A stretch of 63,953 nucleotides of DNA, counting the filler, from Chrysochromulina tobinii (lineage: Eukaryota), in NCBI GenBank assembly GCA_001275005.1. It is 6 parts of 6 records of this genome, joined end to end, with 100 filler letters (N's around TTAATTAATTAA, not from the genome) between each part and the next. Parts side by side here need not be neighbours in the genome. Positions count along the whole stretch, not along the records: positions 29,868 to 50,693 come from JWZX01001349.1; 5 more parts are not named here. The stretch is one strand, 5' to 3'. The position numbers and the translations under genes are program-made. Every line of letters begins with the position of its first letter. Position 1 is the first letter of the stretch. The notes under the pieces are model-generated. The model was not told the origin of the DNA, did no database searches, and worked only from the letters and a program-made list of their open reading frames with translations. This document shows positions 32,290 to 42,392 of the stretch, in pieces.

Positions 32290-35200
32290 ATGCCGTCCAC
32301 TATAAATATTGTCAAGAACCACGGTGTCCTCCGCTTCAACTCACGCGACGCGCCGTCCCACTGGGCGGTTCTCGACCCTGATGCCGAAATGCATCGCGTG
32401 CAGCGGCTGCTCTTCGATGAGTGGCGGCTCCAGCAGCCCGGCGCACTAATTTGCATTGAGGGCGGTGCCGGGATCCACGAGTGCTGTGTGCTCCCGGCAC
32501 ACGAAGAGCTCGCACTCGCACATGGCCTCGTGAGCGCAGCACGCATCAGCAACGCGTGGGTCATCGGCGGCGCGCTCGACGAGGGTGCCACCCAGCTTGT
32601 GGGTCGGGTGCTGCGATCGAGCGCGGATGTCGTCTCACTCGGTGTGGCTCCGTGGACGTCGGTCGCGCAGCGCGAGCAGGTTGCCGAGCTCGCAGATCGG
32701 CGCATATTTACCTATGATGCGCTCCGACTGCCCGACGATGCTGACGACTACGACGGCGTGCCCGCCTCGACGGGCGGTGGCCAGCCGCTGTCGGACGGCG
32801 CTAGCCACCTCTTGCTCACCGAGGGCGGCAGTCCCGAAAAGTCGCAGCCTGCGCACGCAAAGGCCTTCCGCGCCGCGCTCGAGGCCTATTTGAGCAGCCA
32901 GACACCTTCGCTGAGCACGGACACAGCCGCCGAGGCCCTCGAGTCGGCCAGCCGCTTGCCGCCCGCTTGCTGCCCGCGGCTGATGCTCGTGCTGGGCGGC
33001 GGCCTCGCAACGCTGAATGCGGTGCTGGGCGCGCTCAAGGCCGGCTGGCCCGTAGTGGTGCTCCCCAGCTCAGGCTTCGCCGCTGCCGATATCTTCGAGA
33101 TGTGCACCGGAGCGTCCAAGATGGCACAGGGCACGCAGCATGCTCCGCTGCCGCGCGCCCTGTCGGACATGGTGCAGCGGCCTGACGAGGCATATCGGAA
33201 GGACGGACCTGGGCTGCTCCGCAGCATCGCGCAGCTCGCGCGCACGGTGCGCATCGGGCCGCACCGGCAGCGCGCCCTCCGCTTCTTCCGGCCGGGCGGC
33301 GGCGCCGACGCGACCGGGCTCAGTGAGATGCTGCTGCACTCGCTCCTGGGTGCAGTCGGCAAGCCGTTGGAGGCGCTCGCGACAGCACTCGACTGGCGGC
33401 ATGCTCCGACGCTCGGCTGGCTCTTGCGCCAGCCTGGCGTCGCCGTGGATGCTCCCAGCCTCGGTGCCGCACTTGAACGGGCACTGCTGTTGAAGCATGT
33501 GCCGAGCGTCGCAGCGATGCTGCAGGCGCATGCCCCGATGCACCTGGTGCGACTGGACGCGCTGTGCGACGACGAGCGCTTCAAACGCGCGGTGGCCACC
33601 ACCGCGGGCGCGTGGTACATGCAGCCGAGCGAGAGCAGCAGGATGCGCCAGGACGGCGAGCTCGACCTCTCCAGATCGCGATCTCGCGCCGACGAGCAAA
33701 GCCGTCCGGCGCTCTGCCCCGGGAGTGCCTGGGGCTTCGCGCTTCTGAGAGCCGTTCTCGAAGAGACACAAGAGGAGTACGGCTCACTGCTGCGCATGCG
33801 CTGGCGTGCCGCGCTCGTCGCCGAGGCCGACGGCACGATGGAGCCGTCCGGCTGCGACGGTCAGGGCGCGCGCCTCCTGCCTTCGTCACTCGAGCTGCTC
33901 ATCTGGGCGGTGCTCTGTGGGGAGCCGAGCCTGGCGCGTGCCCTGTGGGAAAGGAGTGAAGACCCGCTGCGCACTGCGATCCTCGCGAGCGTGGTCGCGC
34001 GCTCCGTCGCGCGCTCCGCTGGCGCCGCCACCTTCAGCTTCGCGGTCGCACAGGGCCTCGCCCGCGATGCGGCCACGTATGAGAGTTGGGCCATCTCGCT
34101 GCTCGAGCATGCAACTGACGCTGAGGCGCACGTGCTGCTGCTGAGCACCGACGCCGAATACCTCGGGCAGCAGCGCTCGGCACTCGAGCTCGCGTCCGAC
34201 ACGCGCAAGGCGTGCTGCCGCGCCCTGTGCACGCACCCCAAGGTCGCCGAGACGCTCGAGAAGCTGGCAGATGGCTTCATCGCCCCGGTGACTGCGTCGG
34301 TGCTCCGCCAGCCAGCGGGCATGCCCCCGGGGTGCATCCCGTCACCGGCTGCGACCGAGCTGCAACGGCTCGCGCGCCCGGCCATCACCCCCGCCGACGT
34401 GCGCATCTGGTGCGAGACCATCGATGCGGCGAGTGCGCTGCGCTTGGGGGGCGTGGCACGCGCCCTCGACCTCTATGCGGACGCCCAGCCGCCCTCGGCG
34501 TTTGGGGCACTGGTGCACCCCGCGCGCGTGCCCAAGGTGAAGCACGCAGTGCACATGCTCTCGTCGCTCGCCTACCTGCTGCTGCTCGGACTCGCGCTAT
34601 GCGCACTGCCCACCGCGAACGATCCTGAGCGCCCCGCGATGGCGCTCGCCGCTGGAGGCGCTCGGGTTCCCGACCCACACAATCTCGGCTATAGCGAGAT
34701 GGTCGTGTGGGCATGGACGGCGACGCTGCTGCTCGAGCAACTCAAGCATGCAATGCGCGTGGGTTTCGATGCCTATGAGCGCAAGGGCACATCCGCCGCA
34801 CTTCTGAGCTACCTGGACGACGGCGCGCACCTGCGAGAGGCCCTCTGCCATCTCGTGCTCCTCCTCGCCGCCGCTCTGCGCATCGGGGTGCGCTTAGACG
34901 TCCTCAACGTCGACGCGATGCTGCTGCGATGGGTGCAGACGCTGTACGCGCTCGTCGTGCTGCTCGCCACGACGCGCTTCGTCGGCGAGCTGCAGTGCTC
35001 CTCACGCGCCGTGGGCGTGTACGCCTGCACGCTGCAGCAGATGCTGTACGAGGTGGCGACGTGGCTGCTCGTGGTCGCGCTGCTTCTCGCGGCCACGGGC
35101 GTCGCCCTCACCGTGCTGCTCCCTGGGCCAAGCGGCCACGGCCATGTGTGGGACGAGCCGGGCATCCTGCCTCTCCTCTCCCTCCTCGGCGCATTCGACC

Positions 35201-37605
35201 TCGAGGCGACGCTCCTCGACCCGACTGTCGTCGGCGCCACTCCCATTTGGCGCTACCCGACCGATTACCTGCCGCCGCTGCTGCTGCTCGTCGCTCAGCT
35301 GCTCCTCGTCATCTTCCTGCTCTCGGCGCTCATTGCGACGCTCGCGGGACGGTACGCCGCCCTCGCCGCCGCCGGCGAAGAGGCATGGAGCCTCGGCCGG
35401 CTCCGATTCGTGCGCGAGTACAAGGACGAGCGCGACGCACTCCCGCCGCCGCTCAACGCCTTCGTCCTCTTCTTCCATGATCTGCCCCAATGGAGCGTCA
35501 AGGCGGCCGGGGGCGGGTACGGCCGATCACGCGTCGTTCCGGGCACCAAGTCGGACCGGATCGGCTCGCAGCCGCGCCCGGTGCATGGGCTCAAGCTCAA
35601 GTGCACCTTGCCACACGCCACCATCGACGCGCTCCAGCACCTTGCACGCGACTGCCGCGACCGCGCCGCCGCAGGAGCCTCCTCGGCCTTGCTGGTCGCT
35701 CGCGACGCCTTCGCCTCCGCCTCCGCCGTTCCCGCCTCCTCCTCCTCCGCCTCCTCCACCGCCGCCTTCTCGATGGCAACTCTGCAGATCGCGTGCCTCG
35801 CTGGGCGTCTCGAGCACCTCGAGGCCGAGTACAAGCAGAACGAACGGCTGCTTCGAGCAGTGCTTGGCTCGGAGCCCGAGGAGTTGCTCGCATTGCGGGG
35901 CGGCGCCGATCCCGAGCGGCAGGCGACACGACATGCCCTGCACGCACTGCACCAAGCCTCATCGGCCAGACTGCCTGCGCCGCCGTCGAAGCGGACCGTT
36001 GGGCCCCAAAGCAGCGTGGCGCGCATGCCCACGCTGCAGGTTGGCCCCGCCAAGCCCGCGCCCACGCAGGTCGTCTATGGGTCGTCCCTCATGCCGGTGC
36101 ACCGCGTCGGACCGCGACTGCCCCCCGCCATCTCGTCGGAGCCGCCGAAGGACGCGGGGGCGCAGCCGCCGACGGCTGACGAGCAGCTCGGTCATCTGAT
36201 CACACCCGAGATCTACCGTGCGTATTGCCTGTACGGCGACAAGTCGTTGAGCGGCATCTCGGTCGAGGACGGCGGCGAGCAACTGCGCGCCGCGGTGGCG
36301 CACGTGGTGCCGCGCCTCAAGATGGGCGCCGCCGCCGAGGGGTTGCTGCAGCGCTGCGTGTACGCCGGCCGAGAGAGCCAAATGCGCGTCGGTCTCCACG
36401 CCCTTGGCAAGCTCATTCGCGATCTGAGTGCGCAGAACGCCCGGGGCGACGCCCAGGGCGATGGGGCTGGCGGCAGCAGCAGCAGCAACTCTGCGAGCGG
36501 CGGGCGTTCCAAGACGGCGCTGCCCGTGCCTGAGCTTGGGCCCGAGGCGACTCTGCGTGCTCAGACGGTCTTCCGGCGGCACGAGCGCGAAGGGTCGGGC
36601 ACCCTCGACGCATCGGACTTGCGCCACGCGCTCCTCGAGCTGGGACTGCCCGCGACGTTTGGGCAGATTGCGATCATCATCCAGCGGTACGAGCGCAACG
36701 CTAAGGGGCGCATCGACGCTGACGAATTCCTCGAGCTCACGCGCGAGCTCTACCTGTTCCACGAGCTCGCGCGCCGTGCCGAGCGCTCCTTTCACGCGCA
36801 CGACCGTGATGCCGACGGCATCCTCGACGTGGCCGAGGTCAAGCGCGCGCTGCTCGAGCTCGACCTTGAGGTGAGCACGAGCGCCCACGTGCTCAATGCG
36901 CTGCACCGGTATGAGACCCTCGAGCGCGACGGCAAGCTGGACCTGCGGGAGTTCCTTGTGCTCGTGCGTGACCTGTACAACTTCCAGCGGCTCGTCCTCC
37001 GGGCAGAGCGCTGCTTCCAGCTCCACGACGCGAACGCCGACGGCACTCTCGACGCTCTGGAGCTGCAGGCTGCTTTACTTCAGCTCGGGATCGACTCCAA
37101 CGCCGCGCGCGCGCGCTACGGCGATGGCGACCTCAAACTCGGCCAGCGCGAGTACCTCGAGCTCGTGCGAGATCTGCACCACTTTCGCGCGGCGACGCTG
37201 CCCACGCCCACCGACGACGTCTCTCGCACCTTTGCCCGCTTCGACCGCGACCTGGGCGGCCGCATCAACGTGCTCGAGCTGCGCGTCGCGCTCACGGAGT
37301 TGGGGCTCACAGTCGACACAGAAGAGGCGCTCCGCGTGCTCCGGCGCTTGGATGCCAACCGGAGCGGCCAGCTCGAGCTGGCAGACTTCCGTAACCTCGT
37401 CGGCACCCTCCGGAGCTACCAGCAGGCGACCCTTTCGAGCCCTGCATCGAGCCCATCCGAGGCCGTCGCGGCTGCGCTTGCGCGCGCGGTGGCGGCGGGA
37501 GACGTAAGTCTAAGTGGCGCGGCGGCGGGGGAGGAGGGCGCGACGACCGACGAGCCTGCGCCCAAGGGCGAGGGTGCCGCGGAGGACGCGCCCACTGAGG
37601 CCTGA
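32290..37605 (+). CDS. TRPM-like cation channel (SLOG/MHR N-terminus, TM region, TRP-box-like segment) with about 8 C-terminal EF-hands
   Basis: EWRLQQPGALICIEGG, AWVIGG, LGVAPW, SHLLL, LVLGGG..TL and PVVVLPSSGFAAAD (SLOG). LLIWAVL...LARALW (MHR4). LLSALIA..AW..R....EY..R..LPPPLN (S6/TRP helix). EF loops such as DRDADGILDVAE and DANRSGQLELAD. Confidence 0.88.
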   Translation: MPSTINIVKNHGVLRFNSRDAPSHWAVLDPDAEMHRVQRLLFDEWRLQQPGALICIEGGAGIHECCVLPAHEELALAHGLVSAARISNAWVIGGALDEGATQLVGRVLRSSADVVSLGVAPWTSVAQREQVAELADRRIFTYDALRLPDDADDYDGVPASTGGGQPLSDGASHLLLTEGGSPEKSQPAHAKAFRAALEAYLSSQTPSLSTDTAAEALESASRLPPACCPRLMLVLGGGLATLNAVLGALKAGWPVVVLPSSGFAAADIFEMCTGASKMAQGTQHAPLPRALSDMVQRPDEAYRKDGPGLLRSIAQLARTVRIGPHRQRALRFFRPGGGADATGLSEMLLHSLLGAVGKPLEALATALDWRHAPTLGWLLRQPGVAVDAPSLGAALERALLLKHVPSVAAMLQAHAPMHLVRLDALCDDERFKRAVATTAGAWYMQPSESSRMRQDGELDLSRSRSRADEQSRPALCPGSAWGFALLRAVLEETQEEYGSLLRMRWRAALVAEADGTMEPSGCDGQGARLLPSSLELLIWAVLCGEPSLARALWERSEDPLRTAILASVVARSVARSAGAATFSFAVAQGLARDAATYESWAISLLEHATDAEAHVLLLSTDAEYLGQQRSALELASDTRKACCRALCTHPKVAETLEKLADGFIAPVTASVLRQPAGMPPGCIPSPAATELQRLARPAITPADVRIWCETIDAASALRLGGVARALDLYADAQPPSAFGALVHPARVPKVKHAVHMLSSLAYLLLLGLALCALPTANDPERPAMALAAGGARVPDPHNLGYSEMVVWAWTATLLLEQLKHAMRVGFDAYERKGTSAALLSYLDDGAHLREALCHLVLLLAAALRIGVRLDVLNVDAMLLRWVQTLYALVVLLATTRFVGELQCSSRAVGVYACTLQQMLYEVATWLLVVALLLAATGVALTVLLPGPSGHGHVWDEPGILPLLSLLGAFDLEATLLDPTVVGATPIWRYPTDYLPPLLLLVAQLLLVIFLLSALIATLAGRYAALAAAGEEAWSLGRLRFVREYKDERDALPPPLNAFVLFFHDLPQWSVKAAGGGYGRSRVVPGTKSDRIGSQPRPVHGLKLKCTLPHATIDALQHLARDCRDRAAAGASSALLVARDAFASASAVPASSSSASSTAAFSMATLQIACLAGRLEHLEAEYKQNERLLRAVLGSEPEELLALRGGADPERQATRHALHALHQASSARLPAPPSKRTVGPQSSVARMPTLQVGPAKPAPTQVVYGSSLMPVHRVGPRLPPAISSEPPKDAGAQPPTADEQLGHLITPEIYRAYCLYGDKSLSGISVEDGGEQLRAAVAHVVPRLKMGAAAEGLLQRCVYAGRESQMRVGLHALGKLIRDLSAQNARGDAQGDGAGGSSSSNSASGGRSKTALPVPELGPEATLRAQTVFRRHEREGSGTLDASDLRHALLELGLPATFGQIAIIIQRYERNAKGRIDADEFLELTRELYLFHELARRAERSFHAHDRDADGILDVAEVKRALLELDLEVSTSAHVLNALHRYETLERDGKLDLREFLVLVRDLYNFQRLVLRAERCFQLHDANADGTLDALELQAALLQLGIDSNAARARYGDGDLKLGQREYLELVRDLHHFRAATLPTPTDDVSRTFARFDRDLGGRINVLELRVALTELGLTVDTEEALRVLRRLDANRSGQLELADFRNLVGTLRSYQQATLSSPASSPSEAVAAALARAVAAGDVSLSGAAAGEEGATTDEPAPKGEGAAEDAPTEA

Positions 37606-37975
37606 CCGGACGTTGCCGAGTAGTCTCGTACCTCACTAATCAGTCACTAGTCCAGTCCTAGCACCTGGTCCTGGATAGAGGCACTTCCTCTTCCGCCACA
37701 AACACGCGCACACGCGGCTCGCGGGCGCGAACAACGCTGGCAGACTCGCGGCCGTCGCAAAACTATTGTCAATTGTGCAGCAACATCGGATCACCAGAAT
37801 AATACTCGAGTATAACAATAAACAAAGTAATACTGGTTAGTTTCATTGTGTGACCGTGTTTCTGTCCGGGGTCGTCCCTTCACGGTCAAGCCTTCTGTTG
37901 TGCTGTGCATGTATCCGGTGGTTTCAGAGAATTTCCAGCCATTAATCACCATCACATGGATGCTGACACTATGAC

Positions 37976-39511
37976 TTGACACACATGGCTCACGCACGCA
38001 CTGTCTATCGCACCGGTGTTTATGAAACGGAAAGGTTTTTTACCGGTATGTCCGCCGGCCGCGCGCGGCGAGCGAGCGAGCGTCGCCGCCCGCGCAGCGT
38101 CAGCGTCTCGTGGCACGTGGAAGTTTGTTTGTTCGCGTGTGCCCACATCGGACTGATGCCATCAATGGACACGCTTCCATCGCTGGTGGACGAAGCGCTC
38201 GGTGCTGTGCGGCTCTACATGTACCGCCCTCCTTCATGCAACGGCTCTTCATGTACGGCAACGGATGACCCTCTCACGTTTCGTCTCGACGACAGCATCA
38301 CGTCTGCCTTCCTGGACGTCCAGCGCATTGCCTGGCACTCTGTCAGGACCAAATTGAACCAGAAAAAGCACCCGTGGGTGGATCTGGAAACTTCTTTCTG
38401 GAGCCAAATGCCCGCCAGAGTCTGGACGAACAACCCGGAGAACGCCACCTTCTTTGTGATCCCGCATGCCACGCTTTTGCACCGGGTTGCCTGGGATACA
38501 TTGTCCTCCACACGAGCGTACGTCTCGCGGTTGGCAAGGCTGATGGACTTCATCCACTTTGCACTCCCCTACTACAATCGCAGCGGTGGTCGCGACCACG
38601 CAATAGTCTGGGGCGCGGAGAATGGTCCTTTCTGCGACTGTCACCTTCGGACGGTGATGGCTGCTCAAGAGCCAGTGGCTTGGACTATGCTGGACACGGT
38701 GGTGAGAATTGGCTACTTTGGCCACCGTAACACCAGCATGTTTAGGTGGCACCTCGACCGTGACATTGCCGTCCCACAGTGGGGAGCGGTACACCCCTTG
38801 CGAGCGACAAATTTGTCAACGGCGTTGCAGGACGGCATGCGTGCACACAGGCGGTCATACGGCTTCTCAGGAAGCTTCTGGGGAGGGGAAGCATCCTGCG
38901 CTGCTGTCCCGTCGGCTGCCGGTGTGCAACTCAGTGTGCACACCTGCTCGTGCAGCCCGGGCGTGCGCCTGTGGCTGAAGGACTACATGAAAACGAGCTG
39001 CAACTCAACCAACAGCACACGTTGCCGCGCGGATGCACGCCAAAACCGCATGGGAGACTTCTGGTTCGCCCTATGCCCGGCCGCGTGGGCCTGCTGGTCG
39101 TCGCGGCTGTACGACGCCATCGACTCGCTGGTGGTGCCCGTGATCATGGCCGATGGGCACGTCCAACCCTTTGAGTCTTTGCTGGATTGGAAGAGCTTCT
39201 CCGTGACCTTGGACACTGTCGCCCTTCGGGCTCCTGGTGGCACGCAGGTGCTCGACGGCCTGCACGACGAGGCCGTGGCCACAGCCATGCACTGCTCCGC
39301 TTGCCCGTCTTGCCTGAGCTGCACGCGCATCGGCCTCGTGCAGCGTATGATGGAGCTCGAACGGGTGCGAAGTTGGCTGCGCTACAACTCGTCGTCCGTG
39401 TACAGCGTGGGCGGGCTGGTGCTCGTGGAGTTGCACTGCCGCCAGCTGTGGCTCGCGGGGCTCACCGAGGGAGTCCCTTGCGTGCGACTTGGTTCGGGCT
39501 CCGGGAAATAA
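37976..39511 (+). CDS. Exostosin-family (GT47) glycosyltransferase
   Basis: LYMY, TNNPENATFFVIP, PYYNRSGGRDH, RDIAVP, FALCP...WSSRLYDAI...VPVIM and PFESLLDW motifs. Start uncertain. Confidence 0.88.
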   Translation: MTHMAHARTVYRTGVYETERFFTGMSAGRARRASERRRPRSVSVSWHVEVCLFACAHIGLMPSMDTLPSLVDEALGAVRLYMYRPPSCNGSSCTATDDPLTFRLDDSITSAFLDVQRIAWHSVRTKLNQKKHPWVDLETSFWSQMPARVWTNNPENATFFVIPHATLLHRVAWDTLSSTRAYVSRLARLMDFIHFALPYYNRSGGRDHAIVWGAENGPFCDCHLRTVMAAQEPVAWTMLDTVVRIGYFGHRNTSMFRWHLDRDIAVPQWGAVHPLRATNLSTALQDGMRAHRRSYGFSGSFWGGEASCAAVPSAAGVQLSVHTCSCSPGVRLWLKDYMKTSCNSTNSTRCRADARQNRMGDFWFALCPAAWACWSSRLYDAIDSLVVPVIMADGHVQPFESLLDWKSFSVTLDTVALRAPGGTQVLDGLHDEAVATAMHCSACPSCLSCTRIGLVQRMMELERVRSWLRYNSSSVYSVGGLVLVELHCRQLWLAGLTEGVPCVRLGSGSGK

Positions 39512-40014
39512 AACACAATTGTGCGGGGCCCGTCGCGTCTGCTATCCGGATAGGGCTAACAGTAACACTGACGACTACGTAGAACCACGTGTAAAACGCA
39601 CGTTCACGCGCCCGGCCCGGCCGGGCGTGGCCGCGAAGAGTTCGCGTTCGCGAAGAGGTACTGTAGCGGGGGTGCGGGGGGTATGAAGAGAGAAAGTGTT
39701 GGGTTGTCAAGTCAAGTCATCTCCAGGGCTCGAGCAGTGTTGTCAAGTCAATTCTATCTACTACGTAGTAAACAACTACGTATTAAACACAGACAACCAA
39801 CGGCAGCCTTGACTGAACGGCAGGGGGATCGCGACGAAACTGACTACTCGAAGGAATTTTAATTCAATTAAGGTCGGATCGACGGTCGGTCACCAGGCAC
39901 GACCTTTTCAACTGTGAGTTGGTGCGGGAGCACGCTCCGGCTCACAGCCGTTTCACACAGACCTGGACGGTCACAGACTTGCCCTGGGCGCGGCGCGACC
40001 CTGTGTGCCAAGGG

Positions 40015-40914
40015 ATGTGGCTCATCACGGGACGCGTCGGACCTGTCATCAATCGACACATATCGACGATTGTGCGAGCGCCCAAGTGGGGTTGGCCAAA
40101 CTTCCATCCGGACAATGTGCTCGGGACCGTCGCAGAGCTTCTCAGTCCAGTCGGTTCGCATGTCAAAGAAGACGAAACAATGGCAGTTATAGAGACAGAC
40201 AAGATAGCGGCAGAAGTCAAGGCTCCGCACAGCGGCATCGTGCGAGCCATACACGTCAATCTGGATGACACGATTGAGAACGAAGCGCGCATGTTCACGT
40301 TGGAAAGGCTTGATGTGGTAAGAGACGGCCCCGCGCGGCAATGGGCAATTGATTTCAAAGAGCGCAAAGAACGCGAAGCGCGCGAGGCCGCGGAGAACTG
40401 GCAGCGCTTTCAACGCGATTGGCAGCACGAAGAGCGACGGCGCTGGCAAGACTTGCAGCGGCGGCAGACGCAGGGCTGGTGGCGACGGCAGCAAGCGGAT
40501 GGGCAGCGCTATTCACAGCAGAAGCGCTATTCACAGCAGCAGCAGCAGGAGCAGCAGGAGCAGCAGCAACAGCAGCAGAAGCGATCGCGCGATGCTGCTT
40601 CAAGCCGTGCGGAGGTTCTGCCAGAGGGTGACGTGAAGAGCATGCTGCTGGCCAAGACGCATTACGACGCGCTGCGAGTGTCACGGACATGCAGCATCGC
40701 CGACGTGAAAAAGGCGTTTCGGGTCCTTGCACTACGACTGCACCCGGACACGCAGTGCGCAGATCCCGGTGCGCACGCCCGGGGAGCGCGACCGGCCGAG
40801 GTGGAGGAGCGCGCACGCGCGCTGCACGAGGCCTTCATGCGATTGCAGGAGGCCTACGCTACTCTCTCCGACGGCCGACGGCGGCGCGAGTATGATCGGG
40901 ATCTAGGTTGGTGA
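40015..40914 (+). CDS. Lipoyl-attachment domain fused to a C-terminal DnaJ (J) domain
   Basis: VGSHVKEDETMAVIETDKIAAEVKAPHSG (lipoyl-Lys at 40201). HYDALRV...VKKAFRVLALRLHPD...FMRLQEAYATLSD..RRREYD (J domain). Q-rich linker. Confidence 0.85.
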   Translation: MWLITGRVGPVINRHISTIVRAPKWGWPNFHPDNVLGTVAELLSPVGSHVKEDETMAVIETDKIAAEVKAPHSGIVRAIHVNLDDTIENEARMFTLERLDVVRDGPARQWAIDFKERKEREAREAAENWQRFQRDWQHEERRRWQDLQRRQTQGWWRRQQADGQRYSQQKRYSQQQQQEQQEQQQQQQKRSRDAASSRAEVLPEGDVKSMLLAKTHYDALRVSRTCSIADVKKAFRVLALRLHPDTQCADPGAHARGARPAEVEERARALHEAFMRLQEAYATLSDGRRRREYDRDLGW

Positions 40915-41149
40915 GCTCTGAGATACTAGAGTTGAAATTGCGCTGAAATGAGTCGAGAGTTGTTGGTTAGAGCAACGCAAAGGCGTGTGGCTACTATGTT
41001 GTTACGACGAGCCCCTTATAGTGTGTCACACAGACACACATTCACATGCACACATCCGCATTAACACGATGCCGGGTACCACTGCGTGCGTGTGTCCCTC
41101 CGGTTGAATCGTCCCGCGGCTCTTTCGTTCACGTTCGTTTCTAGGGCCA

Positions 41150-41864
41150 ATGGTTTTTACCGCCGTCCATGGCCCCGTCGCGCTCAAGTTTCTGGCTGTC
41201 CTCTCCCTGTTCCTGGTCTCTACCGCCATCGGCAGCGGCGACCCTTGCGATTGCGAAGACCATGGACCTACCAAGTCAGGCAATTGCAGCATCAAAATCC
41301 ACGAATGTGGCTGTTTGCACGATGTGACTGAATGGCGCTACGAAGCGGATGGTACGCGCTTTCTTCTGACTTAGAGCCCGCCATGGAATTCTCACAACGC
41401 GGAATTCTCACAACGCACGAACTCGTTTCTTTCGCTGTGCAGCCATCGATGTCGGCTCCGGCCAGAAAGCTCACTATCAGTGGAGCAAAAGTAAAGACAG
41501 CGCTGGCGATCAAGCCGCACTGGCCTTATTCAACACAGTCCTCGGTCCCGATGCTTGCAGCTGCAACCACGTTGCCTATTCTTTCGGCAGCTGCAGCCTT
41601 AACATCAGCGTCTGCTTCATGTTTAACTCCACTGCAGACCTCAAAGCCAAGAAGCCGTCGTACAAAGCGTGGTGCTTTGACACAAACCGCGCGAACCGCT
41701 CGGGCCACGTGTTTCAGTATGTCGACCCAAAGGACGCGGCCGTGGCCGCTACTGAAGACCTGCTCGCCAAGTTTCCTGATGAACCCAAGCTGTGCAACGT
41801 AAGCGATGCGTCAGTTCGCTCGCTTCTCAGTGGCTCTGCGGCTTCAGCACTACTATTGCAGTGA
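41150..41864 (+). CDS. Small secreted Cys-rich protein, multi-exon (tentative)
   Basis: Signal-like FLAVLSLFLVSTAIG and CDC..C..CGC; GTACGC donor near 41352; protein-like exon 41640..41864 after CTGCAG. Confidence 0.4.
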
Positions 41865-42392
41865 GCCAGCTGCCGTCGAGCGTCGTCTGGTTTACGTGCA
41901 GACTCTCATGTTGAGCTGGACCTTGAACGGCCCACATGCGAGCATCACACAGCAGGGTGGGGGGTCTAAGTTTCCAGCGGGTCGCAAACTATTTAGGTCG
42001 ACTATACCAGATTCTCCTACTGAGCTCTTCTACTGACTACTCGTACACACCATGTCGTACACGCACGGTAACAAGCACACATATAATCTTCGACACATCC
42101 CACGGATCGTGCTCTCCACACCGACGAGCGACACGTGCTAGTACGCTACACATCGCATCGCATGATGCTTGATGGCGGGGCTACTGCGGGCTACGCCTGT
42201 ACGCCAAGCCATGTACGGCGACTGGGAGTCGAGTCTAGGCGGCACTACGAAAGATGGCAGTCGACAACACTTCGCCAAGTCCGCGCTCAAGACACCGCTC
42301 AAGACTCTACCGCGCCGCGGACCGCCCCGCCCCCGATGCCCGACCAGGCACCAGCCTACCGAGCTACCGTACTGTAGCAAGCTCGCGCACTT

